In this document: positions 10,770-22,345 of the stretch, piece by piece
How the letters are laid out: the number at the start of each line of letters is the position of its first letter
Position numbering within the stretch: the first letter of the stretch is position 1
NCBI GenBank assembly: GCA_965644295.1
Contig: CBFFRP010000439.1
Coordinates: forward strand, 34,507-98,506
DNA: 64,000 bases
Source of the DNA: Paraphysomonas bandaiensis
Taxonomy: Eukaryota; Protista; Chrysophyceae
Reading direction: 5' to 3'
Notes under the pieces: model-generated
The model's input: only the letters and a program-made list of their open reading frames with translations
Told to the model about the DNA's origin: nothing
Database searches by the model: none
Made by a program: the position numbers and the translations under genes

Positions 10770-11203
10770 ATGTGGAGGGATATGGATGGAGGATTACTGT
10801 TCTCTGGATCAGTCATTATCAGCGCATGTGTGAGGAGTGTGTACAGGACGGACCGCAGTCTGTCTCTGTCTCCTTCGTCTCTGCTGCTGGTACAGTCTGT
10901 TTGTAAGACTGACACTGACGACAGCACAGCAAACAGCGATAGCGGGAACTGCCAAGCAGACATCGCCAGGAATGACTCAGAGTTCTCGTTAGGTGACAGA
11001 GTGTGGATGTGCTGATGTGCATGGTATGCTAATAGTCTTCAGGTATGAGTCGATCCAAGTCACTGGCTGAGATCGCCCAGTACAACTACAGCTCCATGGG
11101 CCTCTGCTCCGGCGGTAAAATCACTATCGAAATTCTGAAATTTTGTGGTAGTGCTGTTGTTATAGTGGGGATTTGTTGGCGAGTTTTGGAAGCGACGAAA
11201 TGA
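10770..11203 (+). CDS. Small hypothetical protein, 2 exons, C-terminal hydrophobic segment
   Basis: A GT-AG intron at about 10993-11042 joins two open frames ending ...GSAVVIVGICWRVLEATK*; no recognised homology. Confidence 0.35.
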
Positions 11204-11649
11204 TTTGTTTCGACTGAGTGACACGCACCAGGATCATGATATTTGGAAGTACATTTCGCGCTTTATTGCTTAGTTATTATCGATTAACTGAGCAATTGTA
11301 GTTATCTAGCCACCCTTTGTTGTTGGAAGCACGATGTATAGCATGCAGTGTGATGTGTGAATTGAATCCTGGGTTATCCGTTCATGTATATAGTTTACTT
11401 CAAATTATATGGAAGAATATATGAGCTAATAAATTGTATTGATTACCTAGTCAATTAAAAAATACTTTCTAATGTCACTTTTCTGAGGATTCGCATCGAA
11501 GCCCGCGTCATTCATTATTATAACTAGTAGAATTTGAGGACAGGAGGTATGGAATAGGTTTATAGTTTATATTTCGTGAGTCACCGATGGTTGCTTATAG
11601 TTTAATGATGCTATTCACCGGTAGTTGAAACTAGAGGTTTTATATACGA

Positions 11650-12055
11650 GGGACACTGAAAAGTGCTTACAGAAGTGGCAGAATAAGACACTGTATCTTG
11701 CAGTTGGTGCGTTTCCCAATCGGATGGAATGATCAAACTGCACAAATATAACAGTTATCCGATGTTGAGTTCTGCAATATGATGTGATATATATTGTGCA
11801 ATTGAAGTGAGTTAATAGTGTGCAATAGGTAAAGTCAACATAGGTGTAACGGGTGATTATAGTTACAAAGGAATTAAATTCAGTTACTGATGTGTGACTA
11901 TACAAGATATAGAACTGACTGATGAACATATGATAAACAGATGTTGCTAAGAACAGATGTTTCAACATATGTAGTGAAATGTCCAATTCGAACATCCGAT
12001 GCGCAAAAAAAGTACGTACTTCGCACTGGAAGTGCCACGGTGTAATAGTATCTAT
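11650..12055 (-). pseudogene. Degenerate partial duplicate of an exon-intron-exon junction of the neighbouring PHTF-like gene
   Basis: LLHRGTSSA|N and LIIPSDWETHQLQD match LLRRGTSSA|NLATPSDWEMHQLED at 13535-13660, with the same GTACGTACT donor and TTTGTGCAG acceptor. Confidence 0.7.
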
Positions 12056-12712
12056 TGAAAATTTTGTTATTGAAATGTGATCCCAACTTTGTGTTGCAAC
12101 AGTTATGGCAGCCTGATTTAGTCTAAAATAAATACATGTTTTTGCACCGGAATCAAGCTTCTGGAACAGTGTGTTGTCGTTCATATTAGAAACGCATTCT
12201 ACAAATGACTGAAACAAGTTTTTTATATCAGCATATATGATTAGTTCATCCTGAGCGTACACCTTCTATATTATCGAGTAGCAAATGTCTTATTATTAGC
12301 AACAGGCGTTTAAGAGTCAGAACTAATTTATCATTGCAATTTAACATACTTGTGACTTATTAATTGACAGATGCGTTGAATAAAAAATGATAGAAGAGTA
12401 GAATAATAGACCCCTTCTATTATAGCATCAACTTCTTCATGCCATTATCAGCTCGTCTATCATCATTTTTATTCATCCCACCGCTCGTACACTGACCGAA
12501 TTCCGGAACGTATTACTTCCAAAAATCGGTAATAGCTTGCATGGTTGATTAGTTGTACTCTTATATTCCTTAACCATATCTTCATATTATACCAACATAG
12601 CTACTACTGCATTACGGCAGCGACGAAAATATTATCAAAAGTACAATACAACACATCGCAACAGGTTCAAAAGGTCGCCTTGCTGATGTTGTCGCTGGCT
12701 ACAGTATGCCAG

Positions 12713-15533
12713 CTAAAAAGTCTTTATGACAGTCATCATCATGCGAGACCCAATGAGGAGAAAGCTGATGAAAATATAGAACTTTGAAGTCACGAATAGT
12801 GCTGGCATGACAGGTATGCCTAAGATGCAGGGATATGGGTCGTACTTTCGGATTTGACTTGTCATCTCCATCAGTCCCTGTCTACTCGCCTCCATAGTAC
12901 CTCTAGCACTCATAGTTCTCTTCAGTGCTGGCGGCCCCGCTCCTTGAAGTGAGTCGCTCATTATTCTCTGGATCTGGGGAAGCATCGGTTTGCGTCCTGA
13001 ACCAGGAGGCTGGGATCTCCCCTTCGGAGAAGTAGGCGCCAAAGGAGTAGAGATAGCGCTTTGAGAATGGACTTTGATACTAAGCGGAGCTTCAGCACTT
13101 GTGCCTTCAGATCCTCCAGCTTCAGTCTCCCTGGCCTGCTGATGTTGCTGCTGTTTCATCTCGGCATCAGCGGCCGCTATAGCAGCCTCCGCTGCTCCGG
13201 CACTACCCGTCCTCCGGATGCCTCGTCCTCCGCGGAGCAGCCCCTCCCGTTCTCCTCGTCTGCCGTCCCGTTCTAGACCAAATAGAGCACCACTACTGGC
13301 ACTGTTGGATAGACGAGATAGAGAGGAAACCAGTTTTAGAGCCCCATTGCTCAGAGTGTGAGTAAGAGATGGTGAGGCAGTGCGATTGCCAGTGGGCTCC
13401 ACTCCAAGGGCATCATCAAAGTAGAAGTCATCTGCTTCATCAAATGCAAAATTTTCAAAATCGTCCGTCCCAGACGCAGCACCACCAGTGCCACTTGCAG
13501 TAGAAGTGGCCGGAACAGGGCTCTTAGTGCCTCCATCCTCCAATTGGTGCATTTCCCAATCGGATGGTGTGGCCAAACTGCACAAATCACGGTTACACTT
13601 ATGAAATATCAGATCTGCATAGTAGTACGTACTTCGCACTGGAAGTGCCACGCCGTAACAGCATCATGCTTTTCTTCTGAAGTCCAACAATATGCCGCCG
13701 CTGCTCCTCGAATGTGGACGTCGCAAGAGTAAAAATCCTGTATATGACAGGGCTCATTACAACATGATCAGCAGTGTGAATGTATGCATCGAACCGTATA
13801 AGGCAGCAAGTGAGGTACAACGAAGCATATCCACAATAGCTTCCAGGGGGTTCCAACATCGCATCGTAGCCCTCTCTGTATATTTGGGCGGCAAGCACCA
13901 TAAATACACTCAAAGTTATCAGGAAGGTTGCAGACACCGCCAGACCGCCTATGTCATAGTCTAAAGCCAGGTCTTCGTTCAAAACGAAATTCCTGAACCA
14001 CAACAATGGTACGTGAATGCCGTAAATGCTGTTAGGTCATATTATATACCGGCAGTTCCACCACGAATCCATCTTCTGCTCATTCAAATCTTCTACCAGA
14101 TCCGTCAAGCAGGCCACCCTTTCATAGTTGCGCCGGTAGAGCGTGATGAGCCGTCCGAAGAATCCCACATGTAGTATAAGCGTGCTGAGTAATATAATAA
14201 GGAGGTTAAGTAGGATTAAAAGGCTATAAGTGTAAGAAGCCGGCAATTTCTCCCAGTTGTGCCTGTAGTAATACATAACTAGTTAATGTATTCTATAATA
14301 AAGGGTGGATGATCTAACCAGCCAAGAAGTATGAAGGAGAGAGCGGCAATAACACCAAAAAATACCCACGGAACATTCCCTGTGATATACATGAATATAG
14401 TGACTAACACACCACAGCATGTGTATCTCTTTACCTTCAGGCCTCACTGGGGAGGCCGGCGGGCCCCACTTCTGTATAATTCCTTCCCTGAGGTGGTACG
14501 CAAGCAGATCTTCACTTTTCAGCCAGTCCTCAGCCGCCTTGCGATCCACAAGCTCCTCCTTTGCAACTCTCCACGCCATGCATACCGCCATTACAAGTAC
14601 CACAGAGAAGAAAGAAAAAAATGACGTTTGCGCCATTGTGTATATGCTTAATAGTTCCTACCAACGTAGTATGAGTAAGAAAGAAACAAAATTATGCTTT
14701 CACGCCTACCTCTCCATTTTCATACCCACAACCAGCCTTTACTGTATCTGCAGGGTGCTGTCGTGGGATGCTGGCGGACCTACAGAAATAGTAACACCCT
14801 GTGATTAGATACCTATAAGTGCATAAGCACCCACCATGACGCGAGACAAGTGCCACAACTGCTAAAGCAGAGTGGAGCTCCGCCAAGTCTATGTCCAGTC
14901 ACCGAGAGAGAAAGGACCACCAACAAGAACGACGCAGAGAAAATAGGAAGTACTCTAGCAATATGGTCAGGTCATTCGAACATATGCAAGACTTCATGTA
15001 ATACTCGGTACCACAATAATCAAACACATTACATACTTTGGAGAGAAAAACTCTTCTATGGACGCCTGGAAAGTAAGGCGAAATCTCCTGAAGCCAGGAA
15101 CAACTCGATTCGCCTGTCTGGTGCCTATGATGAAGAGTATGTTGTAAAATATCCAAACAGCGATGGGGAGTATGGAGTAAGTGCGTTCCCCTGTGTATAA
15201 GAAGGGAGTGACGGAGCAGACGAGGACCAGAAGGTGCCAAAACAAATCCCACTGAAAGGTGAACTTATGAACACGTAGAGCGAAGTTCTGAATGACAGAG
15301 TTGTTGAAGCACACGTTCCATGCTTGGCTGAGGATGGTGTCCTGCTGCACGCTGGTGACAGTGCCATCATACGACAAGCTGCGGGCTCTGCTTCTCGCCT
15401 ACCACACCACTCATAACAACACACACCTGCAGACACACCCGCCACTGCATATACATACATACATACATACAATACCACAACACATACATAACATACGCAC
15501 CTTACGGTTCCGAACGACACCACTCAAGAGCAT
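12713..15533 (-). CDS. PHTF-like multi-pass membrane protein (putative 7TM ion-channel superfamily); multi-exon
   Basis: Several TM segments; WWNCRNFV...VSATFLITLSVFMVLAAQI and C-terminal IRKYDPYPCILGIPVMPALF resemble my recollection of the PHTF C-terminal half; exon 1 MLLSGVVRNRK splices in frame to ARSRARSLSYDG. Confidence 0.65.
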
Positions 15534-16027
15534 ATTACAGATACTGGGATGTATATTTCATAGCAGAGCTACGGGCTGAGTGGGCTGCGCTGCTGTTTCT
15601 AAGCTGGTTAAGCTGCCTGCTACTGCAGAGCTGGAGATACATACACATACATACATATACATACATATACATACATACATACATGCGTATACTCCGCTGT
15701 ACTACACCTTCTGCTGGTTGATTGTACACTGGAAGCTGCTGACGGTGTAGTGGATACACAGAGATGTCAGAATATCGTATACTAGTATACGTACTTCCGT
15801 ATACTATGCACAAGTGAATAGTGTATATATACGGTACTCCTACCGTATACTGCTGCTATATCAATCGTATCCCGCATGTAACATGCACAGCAGTATGAGC
15901 GCTGTATGCACCAACTGCTCCTGGTGCTCCTGTACGGATACATGCATATAAATATCACACATACACACACACACAAGCACGATCAATATATAGACCCATC
16001 CATCCACCTGTCTCCATATCTGATCTG

Positions 16028-18313
16028 ATGTCGGTCTCTATGCCCCTTCGGCGTAATTCGTTGTTGTGTGTGTTGTATGTGTGTGTGTTTTCATGTCTGC
16101 ATATATATGCACAGGGAGATGACGGGGGAGCCTGTAATAAAGACGAGGACGATGAGATTGAGGAGTGGATCTCATACGGGGGGTTTCTTATCTTCTTCCT
16201 CATTGCAGGAGTGTCCTTCTGGGGTCTCGCTGTTGTGTGTGAGGACTTCTTTGTGCCTGCTCTCAATCTTTTGTGTGATGATCTCAGTCTACCTGATGAT
16301 GTTGCGGGGGCGACTATTATGGCTGCTGGGAACTCTTCTCCTGAGCTATTTGCATGCTTTGTATCGTTATTTATAACCAAGACTGCTCTTGGTGCTGGTA
16401 CAGCTATCGGATCGGCGATATTCAACCATCTCTGTATATGTGCTGGATCGATACTTTACGCACAAGACGGCACACTCACGCTTAACTGGAAAATCTTAGC
16501 GCGCGAATGCTTATTCTACTTCGCTTCACTTATGATTCTCGTGTGGGCACTCAAGGGTAACCTGGCAGGCGCATTTAAACATGCGATGGACCACGTGGGA
16601 GGCACCCCGTCAGACACCTGTCTTGATGTCCACTGGTACCAGGCCTTTACTCTTGTTATCGGATACGTGCTCTATGCACTCACGTGCTCCTACTACTCCT
16701 CGATTATTTCATTTCTGTTTCCAGAGGAGCCAAGCGAAAAGGATGCGGATGAGGACAAAAGTAAAACTGTAGAAGAGCGAAGAAGTACTGTCATAAGGAA
16801 GACAACCTCGGGTGATATATCCCAGACAACTGCATTACATATGGTAGACGCCACAGCAGATGCCATTGACATTGGTAAATGCGGTACAGCTATTCCCCTG
16901 GAGACATATGAGGAACCTGTTCCCTTGCACCCTGGCCTTTCATTTTCTAGCCAGGCGTCATTTTCGCGAGGCACTATTGGTAACACAATTGGATACGTAC
17001 ACACTTTAGCCAAACCGTCAGTCATTTCCCCCCCAAAAGATCAAAGTCAACAACACCCCTCTCATGTAGATGATGATGGTGTATTGTTGGTACCTGTAAA
17101 CACTAACACAACAGGAAACCCCTTGCAACAACAAAAGGGTAACGGTATCCCCAATACCTCATCGCTACAGCACACCGAGGCCCTTCGTCTGGCTCAGATA
17201 GCTGCAAGCAGGGTCGGAGAAGCGGATGACGACTTAGAGTCATCGGGTTCTAGGGCATCTTACAGCCCAGATGTAGTCCCGAAGGATGCGACTTACAAGT
17301 GCTGGATGTACAAGCGTAGTAAGTTTTACTCCCGTTTGCGCGTACTGTCGTCACAGAAGTGGCAGCTGCGCTACTTCGTGCTGGACAGTGACGGGCTCCG
17401 ATATAGTCGAGACATTGCCGAAACAACCGGTGGCGTGCAAATTAAAACTGTAAACATATTTGAGGCCACAGATGTGTATGCCACTGACTTGGATCTGTTC
17501 GAATTTGTTATAGCTACCAAGAAAACCAAGTACACTTTTCGGTGCCCAAACGAAACTGACTTCATGGGGATGTTTTCCGTTCTTGCGAAAGATATTGCTA
17601 ACTACAGGAGTATGGGAGAAGACGAGAGGGCAGCTCTGGCAAAGGAAGCTGACGAGAAACTAAGGGCTATGGGTAATGAAGCACTTCATGAGGGTGCTGA
17701 GCACCACCTCCTATCAACACCTCCTGATACTGTTGGGCGACTGATTCATTATTTTCTGTTGCCTATCAAAGTGATGTTTTTCTACACTATACCCGATATT
17801 TCACCGGGGGTTGAAGGAGCGACGCCAGAAGACGATGTGAAGCCTGTCTACAAGGTGACGGTGTTCATGTGTGTTGTTTGGTTGGCTATTTTATCGTATG
17901 CCATGAACTTTGCCTTGGAGGAGCTGGGTGCCTTCTTCGGTATATCATCTTCTGTGCTGGGTCTAACTTTCGGAGCTGCTGGTACTTCTTTCCCTAACCT
18001 ATTGTCATCGATGATAGTGGCTAGACAAGGACTAGGTAACATGGCTGTTTCTAACGCTTTTGGATCGAATGTATTCTGCATATTTTTTGGGCTAGGCTTC
18101 CCATGGTTTATTTTCATTCTCAGCCAAGGAGGAGACCCATACGATGGACTTAAAGATGAAGGGATTGTATTCTCTGTCGTTATACTCTTGGTGGTGCTGA
18201 TGGCTTTTCTGTTGCTTTTAGGACTATATAAGTTCACTATGCACTACTGGATGGGTATCACATTCCTGTCACTGTACGGGGTCTATTTAATATTCGCAAT
18301 AGCACTTGGATAA
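16028..18313 (+). CDS. NCKX-like Na+/Ca2+ exchanger (CaCA family) with a PH domain in the central loop; intronless
   Basis: alpha-1 DDVAGATIMAAGNSSPELF, VVCEDFFVPAL; alpha-2 GLTFGAAGTSFPNLLSSMIVARQGLGNMAVSNAFGSNVF; PH-like CWMYKRS...KWQLRYFVL...YTFRCPNETDF. Confidence 0.9.
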   Translation: MSVSMPLRRNSLLCVLYVCVFSCLHIYAQGDDGGACNKDEDDEIEEWISYGGFLIFFLIAGVSFWGLAVVCEDFFVPALNLLCDDLSLPDDVAGATIMAAGNSSPELFACFVSLFITKTALGAGTAIGSAIFNHLCICAGSILYAQDGTLTLNWKILARECLFYFASLMILVWALKGNLAGAFKHAMDHVGGTPSDTCLDVHWYQAFTLVIGYVLYALTCSYYSSIISFLFPEEPSEKDADEDKSKTVEERRSTVIRKTTSGDISQTTALHMVDATADAIDIGKCGTAIPLETYEEPVPLHPGLSFSSQASFSRGTIGNTIGYVHTLAKPSVISPPKDQSQQHPSHVDDDGVLLVPVNTNTTGNPLQQQKGNGIPNTSSLQHTEALRLAQIAASRVGEADDDLESSGSRASYSPDVVPKDATYKCWMYKRSKFYSRLRVLSSQKWQLRYFVLDSDGLRYSRDIAETTGGVQIKTVNIFEATDVYATDLDLFEFVIATKKTKYTFRCPNETDFMGMFSVLAKDIANYRSMGEDERAALAKEADEKLRAMGNEALHEGAEHHLLSTPPDTVGRLIHYFLLPIKVMFFYTIPDISPGVEGATPEDDVKPVYKVTVFMCVVWLAILSYAMNFALEELGAFFGISSSVLGLTFGAAGTSFPNLLSSMIVARQGLGNMAVSNAFGSNVFCIFFGLGFPWFIFILSQGGDPYDGLKDEGIVFSVVILLVVLMAFLLLLGLYKFTMHYWMGITFLSLYGVYLIFAIALG

Positions 18314-18704
18314 TGTTACAACAGTTTCGCTTTCTATAAAGGCATTTGCACGAGTTCTACACATTTTGTTCACAGTCGAGGGATTTTAATTCGTGGAGAA
18401 GAAGTAGTGTCGTGATATCCTATCTTTACTTGTTTGCATTCTTGTGCCGAGTAGTTGCTTTAGATATTGACAACTGAGCCTATACCCGTAATAATCAGTG
18501 TAGGTTGTTCATGCAACCTCTTTTATGTAGTATTGAATAACAAAACTGCACCGAATCGATTTTTAATACAACCTAGCCGAAACGATTGAATCATGAGGCA
18601 CACCATTAATTATTGAGTGAGTTCAACATACCCTGATTGAAACCTTCCTTCCAAATACATACTTATAAAAGCAATCTGGTTCAGTTGATTTACCTACTCC
18701 TTGA

Positions 18705-18824
18705 CGGCGCTGCGTAACAATTAATTGCAACCTTCCAGCGAGCAATTAAATTGCAATTACTACGTATATTCCATACAATTTAATTGCAATTAACTGCTAT
18801 TCAATTAATAATTACGCAGCCCTG
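18705..18824. mobile_element. 120-bp hAT-like MITE
   Basis: Imperfect TIR CGGCGCTGCGTAA...TTACGCAGCCCTG; 8-bp TSD CTCCTTGA at 18697-18704 and 18825-18832. Confidence 0.85.
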
Positions 18825-19349
18825 CTCCTTGAGCACTTGTCCTTCTTGTAACTATTATAAAACACAATATGTTATATCTGTAACTGATAACTGATATTAT
18901 AACCTTCTCAAAGTAATAAATTATTCAACCTTGTCAATATCTGTTATTAACCATAAATTGTGGAAAATAACTACACATTACAGAATACGGAATAGGTAAA
19001 GATAAAGTAAAACTAACTCAGCATAGATCGTTCGTTTGTTCAGCAATTTCAGTGTTTGAGAGTAGAATGGAGAAATATATCAACATGGGCAGAAGCCTTG
19101 CGTTCCAATGAAGAACTAGTGACCTTGAAACTTATCAGAGTATCTGAACAGATTAAAACATAGAAAGTAAATAGCTTATAGTAGAACCATGACCACAGCG
19201 GACGAAATATAGTAATTATTTATTTATTACTTCAGCAGATGTATTTCAGTTTAATATTTAGAAGAATAGTACAGTTTCTTCTTAATGAGAGTACTCAATT
19301 TAAATAATAAGTCTAATAAGCACTATCGCTATCGCTATCTTTATACTGC

Positions 19350-19660
19350 AAAGAACTTGTGCGTCCCTCGAGCACTGAGATGAAGCTACTCTTGCTATCA
19401 ATCACACAAAGCAGACGGAGTGAGCTAGCAGAATGTTAATATACTTGACATCCACTGGCTATTAAGTGGTTAAGTCCTTACGGTTTTCTCCTCCCAGATG
19501 CCTTACTTCAGCAGGCAGCCCCCAACCCGCATAGCCTCGTCGAGCAGGCCTATTCGCAGGTGCCTGTTCACTCGTCAAGTCAAACCAGATGTCTACACAA
19601 GTGGCACTTTGACTTGAAGTCCTTGCGCCACACAAGCATTTACTGGAAGTAGGTAGAACA
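19350..19660 (+). repeat. Diverged internal fragment of repeat R1
   Basis: gcagaatgtt.atata..tgacat, gtctacacaagtg.cactt and ccacacaagcatt are shared with 21605-22045. Confidence 0.65.
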
Positions 19661-20218
19661 ACACCAACAGGTGCAAGTCCTTCTGACAGGGGGGTTGTTC
19701 GTATCGGCAGTCATCATATTGTTTCGGAAATAAATTGAAGCAAATATCTTCCACATTACTGATATAGAACTACGGCTGGAATACAGATAAATTTTGTCTC
19801 AAAAATAGGCTTTTTGAACAAATATATATACAAATAGCTGTATACACACTGCACTACACTGCACTACAAGTACCTGTACGTATACATATATATATAGTAG
19901 AGCACTGTATTCGAAAGGTATACCACGGTATACTCGAGGAAATATACAGCACTGCTGGATATCTTGTTGGTCTTATACCAGTATACGGCGGTATAAAGAC
20001 CAAGGATACACTATAGGCAGTGTGCTGCTGTGTATGTATGTATATGGGACTGTACTACACTGCACATATATACACAGTAGGTACATGTAGGTATGTATGT
20101 ATAGACTGCAGTCACTGCCAGCAACTCACTCCCCGCATATCTATCTGCTGACAGCCACGTAGAGATATAGACACACATTCTTGTGAGGGAAGTCAAATCA
20201 GTGATAGCCCCTGTTACC

Positions 20219-21079
<861 letters not shown>

Positions 21080-21604
21080 GGAGCTGTACTGTCTAGAAAC
21101 AGGAGGTTGTTGCTGATCATTTGTGCTTGCCGGTATCGATGAACGCAGTATACTGCTGTGATTAGGTGCTTGTAATGATTACTTTTACCTGCATATCTCC
21201 TGAATCAAAATTTTTACTCTCAGTGGTGTACAAATGTAGGGTGACATTTAAGCTATTTAATTATACTACGCAGCCACGCTTTGGAATTGCAGTTGCACAC
21301 AACAGCACTATTTTTGCCTGATCCTGTATTTTTATGACAATACTATAGAAATTTACGATAGTGGATGTTACTGTATCGGTGATAGCTGCAATATACTCTA
21401 GACTCTAGAAAATATATTTACATGCAATATCCTAACAATTTCCCCTTCAGTTAGTAAGTAGAAGTAGGCATTATATCAGGTATAATGTATAATCTGTTTT
21501 TCCTTCTCTCGAAAGTGCAGATCAACTATTTCAAGATCCTCCACCACAGGTTGTACTGCATCAAAGATAGAACTGATGCAGATGCCGTTCGCCGTTCCAG
21601 TAGT

Positions 21605-22045
21605 GAATGTCTTATTATATTATTATTAGCAATAGGCGCTTAAGAGTCAGTGCTTAACTCTGATGTCCTACTATTTAACGCTACGGAAGCTGCTTATGCG
21701 TGATCAAAGGTGCAACCACTTTCGCTCTATTACTCAAAGCAAACCCAGTGAGCAAGCAGAATGTTGATATACCTGACATCTGCTGACTTCAGGTTTTTTG
21801 AGTCCTTAAGGTGGACTTCTCGGTGGGCCCACTTCCGGATGCCTGTTTATTAGCCATTCGTCAGGGCTCAAAGAAGTCTACACAAGTGACACTTATTAGT
21901 GTCCCTTGTACCACACAAGCATTCGGCTATGAGTGGGCAGAACAATATCTGCTGTACATCTGTACGTTAGTTTCCCAGAGATAATCTCTCCGGTACTTAT
22001 CCCCCAGAACACCACGAAAAAATGCGAGTCCAACTTTGTTGAGGG
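21605..22045 (+). repeat. Interspersed repeat R1, near-complete copy
   Basis: Begins GAATGTCTTATT...TAGCAATAGGCG and ends ACTTTGTTGAGGG, as does 36494-36929. Confidence 0.85.
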
Positions 22046-22345
22046 TAAAGAAGCTCTAAGTCTTGAATTTATGCTGTCCTTTATTCTGCGTTAAATTCAG
22101 CTTTTAATTCTTGCTTACTAATAAGCAAAACCCAACAAACAATAGTATCTTGAGCAACCACAAAATACAGAAAATGTATACTCAACACAGAAAAAAGGTT
22201 AGATTGAAAAATTTATTGTTGTTACAATTGATTTCAAAAATAAATGATACGGGTAAAGATAATAAAAATAATGCAGTGTCATGAACATCGGCCTGGATAG
22301 CTTAATATTCATTAACTTTGAAAACAACTACGCCCTCCAGCTTCA

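Noticed and set aside
10406-10963. 185-aa minus-strand ORF
   Set aside because: Runs through degenerate TACTG repeats and antisense to a more plausible spliced plus-strand gene.
20181-20190. TTGTGAGGGA matching the Tc1 TIR tip upstream of UBE2K
   Set aside because: Only 10 bp and not preceded by TA; compatible with chance.
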